Positions 25,640 to 36,388 of a DNA stretch of 55,284 nt are shown here, piece by piece (the first letter of the stretch is position 1; each line of letters starts with the position of its first letter). The position numbers were made by a program, and so were the translations under genes. The notes below the pieces were generated by a model, which was not told the DNA's origin, ran no database searches, and saw only the letters and a list, made by a program, of their open reading frames with translations. Origin of the DNA: a virus (lineage: Duplodnaviria > Caudoviricetes); IMG/VR virus record IMGVR_UViG_3300037440_000124, positions 1 through 55,284 of that record; one strand, given 5' to 3'.

Positions 25640-26830
25640 TCAGATTATTTTACAAAGGTCCCCGTTACCCGGAGCCGTGGTCAATGCTTCGAACGTAACG
25701 GTTCCATTGGTAGATGCGTAATCGGTAATTGGAGATGCTTCCCCGTCTGCATTCCCGCTCAGCCAGATGATGACCCGGCCGATCAACTGATCGGCCCCAT
25801 AACCGGTCAGGTTCGTCGTCGCAACCGTCGTAGACAGAGTGCCTGTCTCTGCCTGACACGAGATGATGCCAGACGCCATCAGAGCAATGTTGGTCTGCAG
25901 CGTAGTGCCTGTGTCCTCAAGGATCGCCGCTATCTCTGTATCTAGGTAGTCGTCGATCGCGTTGATCTTGCTGTCGAGCGTGGTCGCCGTATCGACCAGA
26001 ATCGAGTCGACGTTGGTGTCGATGACCCCGATCTCTGTGTCGATGGTCGTGATCGTGCCGGGGATGGTGGTCCCGGTATCAAGCAAGATAGCGGTGACGT
26101 CAGCCCCGACCGCGTCCTCGACCTCGCTCTCGACCTCGGCATCCCATGTGGCATTCCACGGAACTGTTGTGAGACCTGCGCCGGCCGTGCCGATCTCGGC
26201 GGTGTCTGCCAAGACGTTTGCTATGTCCGTCGCAATATCGGTATCGGTAGCAGTTCCGATCTGCCCGGTCTCGACCGCTATGCCATCGACTACCGTATCG
26301 ACGGTGTCGACCTTGGCCTCGACCGCATCTACGTTCGCCTCAGTTGCGGTGCCAAAATTGGTCAGGGCGGTGGTAGAGGCAGACGTGATATCGGCACTCG
26401 TACCCAACGCAAGGACTTGTGCGTGCCAGTCCATGATCGCGTCGGTGGTGGCGTCGTAGAATCGAATAGACCATTCGCTTGCACCGGAGACCGCAAACAC
26501 CTCGTCCCGGATGTGCAGCTTTACGCATCGAATCGCTTGAGCTTCGACCTCAATGGCGCTTGTTGCGGGTGCACCCCAGGCAGGAGGGGTGCCGTCGTAA
26601 TCGTCAATGTTGCCTGCGGTATAGGTGAATTCCGTGTCGACCCCGTCGCCCTGTGCGCTGATGACGATAGTCAGGTTCGTGGTGTCGAAATCGAGCGCGA
26701 AGAACTGAATGCCGTCCGCTGCCGGCACGCAGATATCGCCGAGCGTGACACTGGTCGCGCCGTTCGCGCGATAGAACGTCTCAGCGTTCAGCAATCCAGG
26801 AAGCAACAGTAAAAGGGCCAGCTTACGCAC
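25640..26830 (-). CDS. Signal-peptide protein with acidic coiled-coil repeats (fibre-like)
   Basis: MRKLALLLLLPGLLNA; repeats such as VDTVDTVVD, AILLDTGTT and AILEDTGTT. Confidence 0.65.
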   Translation of the reverse strand: MRKLALLLLLPGLLNAETFYRANGATSVTLGDICVPAADGIQFFALDFDTTNLTIVISAQGDGVDTEFTYTAGNIDDYDGTPPAWGAPATSAIEVEAQAIRCVKLHIRDEVFAVSGASEWSIRFYDATTDAIMDWHAQVLALGTSADITSASTTALTNFGTATEANVDAVEAKVDTVDTVVDGIAVETGQIGTATDTDIATDIANVLADTAEIGTAGAGLTTVPWNATWDAEVESEVEDAVGADVTAILLDTGTTIPGTITTIDTEIGVIDTNVDSILVDTATTLDSKINAIDDYLDTEIAAILEDTGTTLQTNIALMASGIISCQAETGTLSTTVATTNLTGYGADQLIGRVIIWLSGNADGEASPITDYASTNGTVTFEALTTAPGNGDLCKII

Positions 26831-27585
26831 TACATGCGCCTCCTTCGTAAGACTGCGGCGCTTGGCGCGGCCCCAGCGGCAGCGGCCACGCTCATGTAGA
26901 GCGCCGCGTGTTCGTCGGTCTCACTGATGGTGACCGTGACCGCTTCCGGCAAATCACCGGATATGACATTGAAAGAAAAATCCTCAGTGCTGCCGCCAGC
27001 GCCTCCACCAGTATTGCTTTCGAATATCTCGGCCCATGCCGCATCGTTAGAGGCCGTGGCGTTCGAGCTAACCATGTTGGTGCAGATAAACCCGAGATTT
27101 CCGGAAGCACCAAGCTCTGAAAAAACAGCAGTAGTAGACGCTGCTGCATCGTCAACATCCTCGTCGAGCTCAGTCATAGACGCAGCACAACTGGTCTGAT
27201 CGACATCAGACAGAGCATGCGTCGTCATCCATATGGCGTTGTGAATACTGTCAAACGTAAACACCAGGTCTGCTGTCGTGACCGTTGGGGACAGCAGGCA
27301 AAAGGCCGCCACACCGGCATCCGCGCCATTACCGCTAAGTGTCGTTATGCCTACCTGAGTCAGGGTCTCGCTGGTATTCCATGTTGCGGCAGGGTTGGTA
27401 AGGTTACCGCCAGTACCAGCGCACACAAGCAACGCATCCGTGCCAGCGGGAAGAACGATTGCCGAATCGGTGAGACTATCTTCCAAGCCAGTAGTCGTGT
27501 TGACAACGACTTCGCTGCTCTCGATGACGACCTGAGAAAATGCTGGCAATGGCAGCAAGCACAGGACTAATAGTTGCTTCAACAT
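26830..27585 (-). CDS. Signal-peptide hypothetical protein
   Basis: MLKQLLVLCLLPLPAFS; C-terminal RRRRM. Confidence 0.6.
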   Translation of the reverse strand: MLKQLLVLCLLPLPAFSQVVIESSEVVVNTTTGLEDSLTDSAIVLPAGTDALLVCAGTGGNLTNPAATWNTSETLTQVGITTLSGNGADAGVAAFCLLSPTVTTADLVFTFDSIHNAIWMTTHALSDVDQTSCAASMTELDEDVDDAAASTTAVFSELGASGNLGFICTNMVSSNATASNDAAWAEIFESNTGGGAGGSTEDFSFNVISGDLPEAVTVTISETDEHAALYMSVAAAAGAAPSAAVLRRRRM

Positions 27586-30215
27586 CCGGTCGACCCTGCC
27601 GTCGACACGGCGCAATGCGTGGCCCTTGAGTATTCCAGCAACTGTTCTACCGTGACCGTCGATTCGGGTGGCAATGCTGGCTTACCTGTTCCGCAACTGT
27701 CCTCTATGAACGGATCGCACGGGCCATTGTTCGCAACACTCGGATAGCCGATGTCGGAGGCCGGTCCAATACTTGCGCCAATCGGTGTCGCACTGTCGTA
27801 GCGGTTCGCGAGCTGATCGCAAATATCCTGGTAAACCGAAAGACGACCAGCAGATGGGCGTGGCCCTGACTGCGCACAAGCCAGCTCGACGGCAAATGCT
27901 CTTTCTCCCGCATCACCAGCACCAATCGGAGTAGAGACGTAGCCGGTCGCCTGCGCGCCACTTATCGCGGTTCCAACAAACGTGACATCCCCGCCGGAGT
28001 TATCCGCCGTAAGGCCAGCCTGTGTTGAGTCGTCCCAACCGAGAGCGCGGTTGCCTACCCGCGCAATAGTCACCGGATCAGAGATTGTGTCCGTGCTCAA
28101 CGGAATGCGCATCGGCAGTCCAGACACCCCGTTGGCACCTGAAATGAACAGGTTGTCCAGCAGATTTATTACAATGCCTGGCTCGCTTATGTTGTTTATC
28201 TGCAGCCAGTTATTCGTGCCGTTGTAGCAAACGTTATTCGAAAACGTGCCGCTCATTTCCTCCCACTTCGGACATCTACCTTGAAAATGCGCTGCAACAT
28301 TGCGCGCAACTGTCGCGCCCTGACTGCTGCCATCCAGGTACCCGAAAAAGTAGATCTCGGGGTTCTCGCCGCTTCCTGGTACATCGGTCGGGTATATGGT
28401 CATACCCTGGACGTACGACACGTTGTCTGCGTTCTTCCAGATATTCGCCCCGCTGTCGAGATTGAACACTGAGCCGTAATTCAAATTAACGACACTGTCT
28501 GTGCTGTCGTTATTGGCTCCGGTCTGAAGACATGCAGACAATGCCTCGACATCGGAATCGGCAAAGCAACTGTAGTGCATCCACAACTGACGATTAGCAC
28601 CGCTTTGCGTGACCTTCAAACCGCGCATGTGCATACCAGGATTCGGAGCTACCTGCATCAACACGATAAGGTTCGAGCAGCTCACACCCTTAAAACTGTT
28701 CATCGCGTATGTCACCCAACCTGAAATGGTGGGCATGACCGCGCGTAGATTCCCGGTGCAATTACTGACCGCCGCATCGAACGAACCGGCGCCGCTCGTA
28801 TTGCGGTTGGTGATGAAGCGATATTCGATATCCGGGTCGGTATCGAGAAACGAATCCCAGTCCGCACCGTGCACACAAAAGCCCGTCAGGATGGAGTCAC
28901 ATACCCCCATCGAAGTCCATGCCGCGCCGGCTGCATCCTGATCCAGAATCGTGACGGTGGCGGTTGCGTCGTCCAGGTTGTCGCTGGCGCAAGTGTCTTT
29001 GGTCAGAACCGCCGTGAACTGCTTATTGCCCTGTGCCGTGCCATTCCTGTCAATGATCGTGACGTTGAACGTCTTGTCACCGATCTCGGAATCTGTCCAG
29101 CTCAGCGTACCGCTGGTGTCGGTATAATCGGTTCCGGCAAGTGCCGAACCGTCGTTGACCACGTAGTCCAGAGAACAAGCGCCGTTGCCGTCTCCAGTAC
29201 GACTGACCGTCAGCGTAACCGGCGTCGATTCCTCACTGATCTGGTACGCAGTCGGATTGAATCCCACATCGCCCGGTGTGTGCGTCACCGAGGCCGTGCT
29301 GACCGTTACCTGGTCGTACGTGGTGGTTGCGTTTTTGGCGATGGCCCCTGTCTGAGACGGGGACGTGGCCAGCAGCACATAGCCGGTCCACGCATTGAAA
29401 AACTGGTGAACCTCCGTGTACGTGCCGGTCGAGCAGTCGGCGGCGGACGCTTTTATCAGCAACTTAGTGCTTGGTATATCGTCGTCACGCTCGATTCTGA
29501 AGCAGACCGGAAGAGTTACATCAACGCCATCGAAATATGCTGTCGAGGTTGCACCGTCCGTTGCCGACCGACAGTCCACCAGCGTTCCGTTATGAGCGAA
29601 CACCGCCAACATGCAATGCGCGGAACCTGAGCCAAGCGACTCACGGATCATGATCCCGCCCTTGGACAGCACCACTTCCTGAGAGGCAGTGACGATCTCA
29701 GCCGTCAGCGTGAAATCGCCGGTCGCCGGTACCGTGTAGTAATAGGCGGCAAACGAATCGTCTGTGCTGTATATCTCTCCGCCGTTTGCACCGACCGTGA
29801 AAATCGGGTCCGTGTACGACAGCACACTCGAGGCGAGCGCGTGAACGGAACCGTCAATCTGGACCTCAGCCCAGCCGGCCGGTGGCGCTCCCGGCTCTCC
29901 CGGGTCTGGTTCGCCAACGTCAGGAATGAACGGGAACATTTGCGCCCGTGCATCGCCGCTGATGCTGATGCCGATGCGGTAACTGACGACTACTTCATAC
30001 TGAGCGTCTGGATCGTCTCGACCGGCCGCGTTCAGGCAATCGGCGATCGCGTTCTTTTCAAGCGTGCTGGCCCTACCAACAGCAACATCTACACCGTCCA
30101 CCACCTTGACACATTGGTGTACCGCAGCCCCTCCTATGCGTGGGAAGTTCACTTCCGCATGAATCGGCACCACGAACGGGAACAGCAGGACGGCGAGGAG
30201 TAGGCGCTTTAACAT
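27579..30215 (-). CDS. Large signal-peptide protein: lectin-like (DUF1349-like) + Calx-beta + pectate-lyase-like beta-helix
   Basis: MLKRLLLAVLLFPFVVPIHA; GDFTLTAEI..KGGIMIRESL; VTLTVSRTG..DGSALAGTDY..SGTLSW (Calx-beta); TNRNTSGAGSF..QVAPNPG (PL1-like). Confidence 0.72.
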   Translation of the reverse strand: MLKRLLLAVLLFPFVVPIHAEVNFPRIGGAAVHQCVKVVDGVDVAVGRASTLEKNAIADCLNAAGRDDPDAQYEVVVSYRIGISISGDARAQMFPFIPDVGEPDPGEPGAPPAGWAEVQIDGSVHALASSVLSYTDPIFTVGANGGEIYSTDDSFAAYYYTVPATGDFTLTAEIVTASQEVVLSKGGIMIRESLGSGSAHCMLAVFAHNGTLVDCRSATDGATSTAYFDGVDVTLPVCFRIERDDDIPSTKLLIKASAADCSTGTYTEVHQFFNAWTGYVLLATSPSQTGAIAKNATTTYDQVTVSTASVTHTPGDVGFNPTAYQISEESTPVTLTVSRTGDGNGACSLDYVVNDGSALAGTDYTDTSGTLSWTDSEIGDKTFNVTIIDRNGTAQGNKQFTAVLTKDTCASDNLDDATATVTILDQDAAGAAWTSMGVCDSILTGFCVHGADWDSFLDTDPDIEYRFITNRNTSGAGSFDAAVSNCTGNLRAVMPTISGWVTYAMNSFKGVSCSNLIVLMQVAPNPGMHMRGLKVTQSGANRQLWMHYSCFADSDVEALSACLQTGANNDSTDSVVNLNYGSVFNLDSGANIWKNADNVSYVQGMTIYPTDVPGSGENPEIYFFGYLDGSSQGATVARNVAAHFQGRCPKWEEMSGTFSNNVCYNGTNNWLQINNISEPGIVINLLDNLFISGANGVSGLPMRIPLSTDTISDPVTIARVGNRALGWDDSTQAGLTADNSGGDVTFVGTAISGAQATGYVSTPIGAGDAGERAFAVELACAQSGPRPSAGRLSVYQDICDQLANRYDSATPIGASIGPASDIGYPSVANNGPCDPFIEDSCGTGKPALPPESTVTVEQLLEYSRATHCAVSTAGSTGC

Positions 30216-30229
30216 GATTCCTTCGGGCG

Positions 30230-30255
30230 AAAAAAAACCCGCGCAAGGCGGGCTT
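30230..30255 (-). terminator. Rho-independent terminator-like hairpin
   Basis: AAGCCCGC-CTTGC-GCGGGTTTTTTTT on the minus strand. Confidence 0.65.
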
Positions 30256-30276
30256 CAAATGGTTTGCCGGTTTTGG

Positions 30277-30513
30277 TCAGTCTTCTAGAACGTACCGATC
30301 GATCAGCGCTTCATAGACCTCAGCACTGCCACCCGCGTCTTTATACCGCCAGTAACGTGCATCCCATTCGTCAGGCGACAGGTCTGATTCGTGCTCCGGC
30401 ATGGTGTGCTCGATCCACTTGCGACGCAGGCAGTCGCGCGCCGCCAACGCAGACTGAACCACAAGCCCGCGCACGACCTGCCCGGCCGTCATCTTCGGTA
30501 GAAGGACGTTCAT
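30277..30513 (-). CDS. Hypothetical protein
   Basis: 78-aa ORF in the late-strand orientation. Confidence 0.4.
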   Translation of the reverse strand: MNVLLPKMTAGQVVRGLVVQSALAARDCLRRKWIEHTMPEHESDLSPDEWDARYWRYKDAGGSAEVYEALIDRYVLED

Positions 30514-31306
30514 AAGGCACCTAACGGGATGATCCGCTGCTCGGTCGCAGGCGGTGTTTTCAGGGTTTCGACAACGTCCACAGGAAGCAGGCTAGCCAGT
30601 AACAGCGCCAGCATGATCAGGACGGGGAAAAGGAAATTCCCGAACCGAAACGGTTTTCGGGATAACATCGTTTTAGCCATCTCGCACCCTCCAACGGTGT
30701 GGGTTGGTCAGAGACCTCCGGCGGCATTGGCGTGCCGCCGGGGTCTCGCTTGTCTTTCAGGTCAAATCTACCACTCTCAGGAACGCCTGTCGCGTACTAC
30801 CGCACACCCGAAAATGTGACGCGCATCACTCTTTTCCTGGCGGCACAGCCATCGGTTTCGAATTCGACAACAGCCAATCCAGATCTTCATCTATCTTGCG
30901 GAAGATCTGGTTCTCACGGCGGATTGATTCCCGTATGACAAAGAACCGAACCAGCGCAAAGGTCAGCCCAAAGCCGACAGCAAACAGTGCAACCAATACC
31001 AGCGCTTCAGTCACCTGACCACTCCAGCCATTTACCGGCGCAATAGACCTCCAGAACACCCCCAAAAGGTATCCGGTACAGCGTCCCGCATCGGTAGAAA
31101 TAGCATGTCATGTTGGCGCACCATAAGCGCCATTATCGCCTATCCTCCAGCCAAACTCTAGGCGGCAACCGGTCACGTCCCTTCAGCATCAAAGCCCAGC
31201 GTAACCGCCAGTCATCCCGGTGCCGCTTGCCCGGTAGATACTCCCTTCCCATTGGCTTTCGTTTGCGTTTGTTACTGGAGCCGAAATTGTGATTCCGTGC
31301 CATCGG

Positions 31307-31333
31307 AAAAAGCGCCCGCCCCGAAAGGCGGGC
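31307..31333 (-). terminator. Terminator-like hairpin downstream of the Q/GIY-YIG genes
   Basis: GCCCGCC-6 nt-GGCGGGC followed by a T-run on the minus strand. Confidence 0.55.
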
Positions 31334-31452
31334 TTAGCTTGGGGCCGGCCGTGGACGCCATACAGAATAAAGCCCCGGTTGGGGCTGCCCAGTGCTGCCT
31401 ACAGGCGCGATGCTGGGCCTTGATACCGGTAAGGACCGGTGGAAATGATAGT

Positions 31453-31950
31453 TTACGCGCGCGCTGGACGCGGAGCGTCTTTTAAGAAATCAGCGTAAGC
31501 CTTGCCGCGCCTCTTGATCTTGAGAATTGCATATCTCTGTCGCATCTGAGAAGCCTTAATTAAGGCTTGTGCAGACAACTGCGTCCACCTCAATGGCCAG
31601 CCCTTCTGAGCAAAACGCTCAAAAACCAACTTCCAGATGGCATTGAAAACGGCTTTATCCTCAGCGTTGAGAATCAGCCATTCCCCTACCGCTCGCCAAT
31701 CCTTGTAAGCATCCAGAAGCTCGCTCTCGAGGCGGTAAGCTTCCTTTCTGCTACGCAGCTCCACAACAGCAAAACGCTTCGGCGTCACGGCACAATTTGC
31801 CTTGATCTGCGCGAACCTTTCGAGTGGACTTATTGAAACTCCGATCTTGACGTAGATCGGTCCGCCAGAATCCTGGCAGAGTAGAAGATAAACGTAGTGG
31901 CCTCTTATTTGGCCATCATCTTTGTAAAAAGTAGACCGGAAACCTGACAT
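31453..31950 (-). CDS. GIY-YIG / T5orf172-like protein
   Basis: YVYLL..YVKIGVS..PLERF..E..L..GEW motifs. Confidence 0.7.
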   Translation of the reverse strand: MSGFRSTFYKDDGQIRGHYVYLLLCQDSGGPIYVKIGVSISPLERFAQIKANCAVTPKRFAVVELRSRKEAYRLESELLDAYKDWRAVGEWLILNAEDKAVFNAIWKLVFERFAQKGWPLRWTQLSAQALIKASQMRQRYAILKIKRRGKAYADFLKDAPRPARA

Positions 31951-32010
31951 TAAAGGTCACTATCCCACTTCAATCCAGATTACCCCTCTTTGGTCGGACT
32001 TGTCAATAAC

Positions 32011-32565
32011 TTACGCCGGCAACCTGTCAGCCAGATAATGCCATCCCGCCTGCACTCGGGTAAAATACGTCGATGCTGGAATCCCCAAGATATTCGCCCT
32101 TGCCTTGTGCGGCATGTCCCTACAAAGCTCGTCTCTGATAACCGCGATGTGGTATGCCTCAAAGGAAGTTTTAATTTCTGTCGGCATTTTATCAACGATT
32201 CCCTGCACTAGCTCAGCATCCTTCTCAATCTGATTGTAATCCATATGGGTCGATGGTCGAAAGCCGCGTATCGCCGCAACGCCATCAACCCCGAAACGCA
32301 TCAGACGCCAAAGAAGACTTATCGAAGACCATGCAGACATGCGCACAGGCATATATGTTCTGGCGAAGCGCCAAACGCGAATATAGTCATCCACCACCGA
32401 ATCAGACACCCGCAGCGCAGCACCCATCAACGCAGCCATGTCGAATTCGCCGACCAGTCCGGGTGCAACAAGTACATCTCCAGGGTGCGATACCGGACCG
32501 GCCGACGAAAGGTCATGTGTGATCGCCTGTACGAGAATCGTCTTCTGGATCGTGCCACTTGGCAC
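32011..32565 (-). CDS. Late antiterminator Q-like protein
   Basis: C-terminal HTH KARANILGIPASTYFTRV; position upstream of the late genes; true start may be 32439. Confidence 0.55.
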   Translation of the reverse strand: MPSGTIQKTILVQAITHDLSSAGPVSHPGDVLVAPGLVGEFDMAALMGAALRVSDSVVDDYIRVWRFARTYMPVRMSAWSSISLLWRLMRFGVDGVAAIRGFRPSTHMDYNQIEKDAELVQGIVDKMPTEIKTSFEAYHIAVIRDELCRDMPHKARANILGIPASTYFTRVQAGWHYLADRLPA

Positions 32566-32869
32566 TCAACGGGAAGCAATTCGGATCTTGCTCGGAAGCG
32601 ACACGGCGCGCATCCTCTGCGGATTCGGCGCAGATCATTCGCTTCTCTTGCCTGCCGACCACAACCGTTACCTCGAACATGGTTCTTGTACTCATGTCAG
32701 GCTCGCTCCATGTATGCTTTCAGGCGCTCGGCTGCTTCCTTGCAGAAGCGCGCGGCCTCTACGTCCCCGGTCGCCAGTGCCGTGAATAGCAGGGCTGTGG
32801 CAATGTCCTGATCGCTCCAAGTCTTGAGCAGTTCAGGCGTTATTTCTTCTCGTTTTTCGTCCGCCATAG

Positions 32870-33169
32870 TCAATCCCTCAGTTCAAAGAAACCAGGAAAC
32901 TGCTTGCCGTGCTCTTCCATGAAAAATCGCGCAAGGCCCGGTGTAAAGTGGTCATTGATTTTCCAGGTGGTCTCGGTGTCCCGAAGGTCCGACTCCCACC
33001 TTAGCGTCTCAATGATGGTTCGAGCAGAATAGTGCCTGCGCCCTCGCCTCGCCATTTCCAACGCCTTTCGCTCAAACTCACGGTATACGTGCCAGTTGTC
33101 CTCAAGCCAGTACCAGAAGCGATCTGGGTACTTCAGTTTGTCGGGGAGGCTTAGAGCGAGCTGGTTCAT
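32870..33169 (-). CDS. Conserved phage hypothetical protein
   Basis: NWHVYREF..YSARTIIETLRW..KIND..FFELR pattern. Confidence 0.6.
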   Translation of the reverse strand: MNQLALSLPDKLKYPDRFWYWLEDNWHVYREFERKALEMARRGRRHYSARTIIETLRWESDLRDTETTWKINDHFTPGLARFFMEEHGKQFPGFFELRD

Positions 33170-33441
33170 GAGTTCGCGTAAGCTCCAGTTACCAGTCGTA
33201 TCGCCTCATCGACAGATCGAACGACGCGAACCTGGCCGCGCCATGATTCGATGAATTCCTTCTGTGCCGAAGTCAGTCTGTTACGGCCTAACGGGTTCTT
33301 AATTTCCAGCATATAGTTGTGGCAGCGATACCCGCAAAGAACGTCCACCGGGTAACCGATGACAACCACGTCGCAGCCGATCTTTTCCAGAGCCTTTATG
33401 ATTGCCCTTTGGTTCGCGTCGACTTTTGCTGCGCGTCTCAT
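33166..33441 (-). CDS. VRR-NUC / Holliday-junction resolvase-like nuclease
   Basis: RAAKVDANQ..PVDVL.G...LEIK..LT.AQKEF..W (PD-(D/E)XK). Confidence 0.75.
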   Translation of the reverse strand: MRRAAKVDANQRAIIKALEKIGCDVVVIGYPVDVLCGYRCHNYMLEIKNPLGRNRLTSAQKEFIESWRGQVRVVRSVDEAIRLVTGAYANS

Positions 33442-34079
33442 GGCCGAGTAGCCTTCATGCGCTGACATGACTTGCACCGATCAAAGGTCCCCTCGTGCCA
33501 TAGTGCGTTGAAGCCGTTTCCGTGGTGATAAATCTCCCGTTCAAGTTTCCCGCAAGCCGACCGAACAGTGTTTGTTAGCTGGCGACGAACCATGTAGTGC
33601 GACTTCCAGCAATTCGGCGGAATACCCCATCCTTCGCGGAATTTCGGGAAGTCGATCTTTTGCATGGTGACGGCCATCACAGTTGCTCGCTGTTGATCCA
33701 ATCACGCAGCGCCCGCATCTGATCCTTGCTGAAATCAATCCGGTTATCCCCATCCTCCGTCCACATCCAGTAAAATGCCTTATCGTAGTCCGGCGCCATG
33801 ATCTCAATATCTTCGAAACTGTTGCCTCCTTTCAGTTCGTGCAATTGAACGCTCATGCCCTGGCGCCCCAGCCCTTGATTGGCACACGCACCACGTCAGT
33901 CGGCCACTTCGGCTTCACCGACGACGGCGGTTCAATCAGCATCTCCCCTCCCAGACCCGCCTTGTACCGCTCCAGCAAAAGCCGCGGAGTCAGACGGTAG
34001 CCGCGAGTTCGCTGGACATAGCGCGCTACCTGAGTGAAGGACATCTCGATGCCGTTGATCTCTACGTAGATCTGGAAGG

Positions 34080-34385
34080 TCATCGGTTCACGGCCTTGAG
34101 CCTATTCAGTTCGGCCCACGCCTTGGCTGCATCGGCTTTGCGCTGTTCCTCGCTGACCTCCTCCGGCATCCGTCGCTTACGTACCGGCACGATCTTTCCC
34201 CACTCGACTCCGCTCCTGATCCAGTTGCGGAATACCCGCTGCCACTCGGTACGCTTTCGCTGGAACTCGTAATCCTTCATGGCGTCGACCTGGTCCTCGA
34301 TCTGGGCCTCTGTGAGTCCCTTACTGCGGGCAAATTTCATGCTCTTTTCGTCGGGCTCAAAATCTTCTGGGCAAAACCAAGTCAT
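34080..34385 (-). CDS. Small DnaT-like / replication-initiator C-terminal domain protein
   Basis: PEDFEPD..KDY..EWQRVFRNWIR motif. Confidence 0.5.
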   Translation of the reverse strand: MTWFCPEDFEPDEKSMKFARSKGLTEAQIEDQVDAMKDYEFQRKRTEWQRVFRNWIRSGVEWGKIVPVRKRRMPEEVSEEQRKADAAKAWAELNRLKAVNR

Positions 34386-35168
34386 CGTGGATGTCCGTGC
34401 CATGTCTCGCACACATGGCCAGGATGAAGTGGGCCACCGCAGGATGTGCAAGTCACGAAAGCATTTGCTCCGGTCGCGTTGCACCCAACCGCTACGGCTT
34501 CGTCAGTGTATTTTTCCGTCTCAAACTCGAACCCGCCCATGCGGTGCGTAGCAAGCATCGCGGCGTTGTCGCTAAACCATTTCTCGTATTTCTCGATCTC
34601 ATCCGCAGCCAGCTTGTCCTCGAGCTCCCCATGTCTGGCGTACTGAGCCAGCAACCACTTCACTAAATCGCTCACCGTCATTTCCCCTTTTCTGGCATAC
34701 CACCGGGCCTTTGGCCTGATCGGAGCCCTACAGCACTCCGTGTTCACAGCCTCGGCTTCGCCTTTGTCCTGACCGGATAACAGCCTTATGGCCACCAGGA
34801 TCAGCGGTCGGCCCGTGGGACCTCCCCTGGATTTGTACTGCTACTGCAATCTTTCCCGCCCGGCGCGAAGTTGCACGCGCTCGGCACACGGTGTAGGATT
34901 TGCCCTGAAACTCTCGATTTGCAATCCCGATTCAGGGCCCCCACCCGTGGGGGCTTTGTTTTTTGTATCTCGAAAAGTCACGCCCCCGGCCCGTACATAA
35001 CTTCCTCGAGATCCACGACCGTCTCCCGCAGCACCGCCCGAATGGCCGCGACCGATACGTCGTAGTCCCCGGCAATGTCCGCAATATCCTCACCGGCTTT
35101 GGCACGGTCGCGAATGGCATCCTTGATGCGATGATTCGCGTCGGCATGGCCACGTAAGAAGTCTTGCG

Positions 35169-35495
35169 TCATACGGAAACGTCTTGCCAAACTAGAACCG
35201 GCTTACCAAGTTTCATCTCGTCGGTTTTGTGATGTGCCTTGATGTGCAGATGGCGAGACTCGAATTTCCTGGCGATCTGAAGGAATTCACGAGCGAACTG
35301 CGGCGCGTCGAATTTCTCGCTGAGCTGGATGGTGTGATCAGAATTCATGATCAAGTCGGTACGTGCATTGACACGTTCCAACCATTCTTGCTCTGCTACG
35401 AATTTTCCTTTCCTATCAATCTCGCGATCGATCTGCCTCTTTGCCATTTCAAAGGCACGATGCCTGGTCATTCCGAAAACTGCGTAGGTACTCAT
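35169..35495 (-). CDS. Hypothetical protein
   Basis: 108-aa ORF with GGAGG RBS. Confidence 0.55.
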   Translation of the reverse strand: MSTYAVFGMTRHRAFEMAKRQIDREIDRKGKFVAEQEWLERVNARTDLIMNSDHTIQLSEKFDAPQFAREFLQIARKFESRHLHIKAHHKTDEMKLGKPVLVWQDVSV

Positions 35496-35600
35496 TGATT
35501 CCTCCGGTTCACAACAACGTCCCGAAAAAAACGACCGCCGCCAATGCCGCCAGAATCAGAATGGCATTCATGATGGTCTTGGCGCGGGGAGAGACGCGGC

Positions 35601-36137
35601 TCATGCGGGGCGCTCGACGTGCTTCCACTTCTTGCCGGTAAGTATGTCGCTCACGTGCTGCTGACAGACCAACACTAGGTGGCCAGCTATTTTCCGCTGA
35701 CTACACCCGCTGCGGTGCAGGTCGAAGATACGCTCAACATCTGTGACATTTAGCTTAGATTGACCATTCCTCTCTCCACGAGCTTTTGTGCCGTGAATCT
35801 CACTGTCTTTGGCATTCGCTTGTCGCGTATCCCACCGTAGATTATTTAATTGATTGTTTGCAGGATTGCGGTCAGGAAAGTGACACGCTTCCATCTCATC
35901 GGGTCTCGGGCCAACAAAGGCTTCGAGGACGAGATGGTGTACATAGCGGTTACGCGGAACACCATTGTGAAGGACAACGAGAAGATGGCCGCGTTTGTTT
36001 CTCTTACCCGGCCTGAGCATGCAACCTTTGATTCGGTTTCCCCACGAGTTCTTGCGATCTAGACTACGCACGCGCCCGTGGTCGGAGACCTCGTAGATGC
36101 CCTCGTAGCCCACAACCGGCTTCCAGCGCTCGGTCAT
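35601..36137 (-). CDS. NUMOD4-HNH homing endonuclease
   Basis: ERWKPVVGYEGIYEVSDHGRVRS (NUMOD4); VHHLVLEAFVGP..CH..N..NNLRW (HNH). Confidence 0.9.
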   Translation of the reverse strand: MTERWKPVVGYEGIYEVSDHGRVRSLDRKNSWGNRIKGCMLRPGKRNKRGHLLVVLHNGVPRNRYVHHLVLEAFVGPRPDEMEACHFPDRNPANNQLNNLRWDTRQANAKDSEIHGTKARGERNGQSKLNVTDVERIFDLHRSGCSQRKIAGHLVLVCQQHVSDILTGKKWKHVERPA

Positions 36138-36388
36138 TGCAACAACGGAAATAAGAACGGCCCGACAGGATTTCTCCCATCAGGCCGCCGCGCCGGAGCC
36201 GATGCTTGGGGGCTGGCTCGGCTCTGGACTGATTTGCTCGATGCAGAAGGGGACTGCGTTAGTCGTGCAAGAAACTGGAAAGGTTTAGAAAAAGACCTTA
36301 GATTACATGTACTTAGTATACATTCAACGCACCTCGGCACATTGAAGCTTCTGATATACTGATCGAAACAAAAAGGCTTGGGGGCCTC

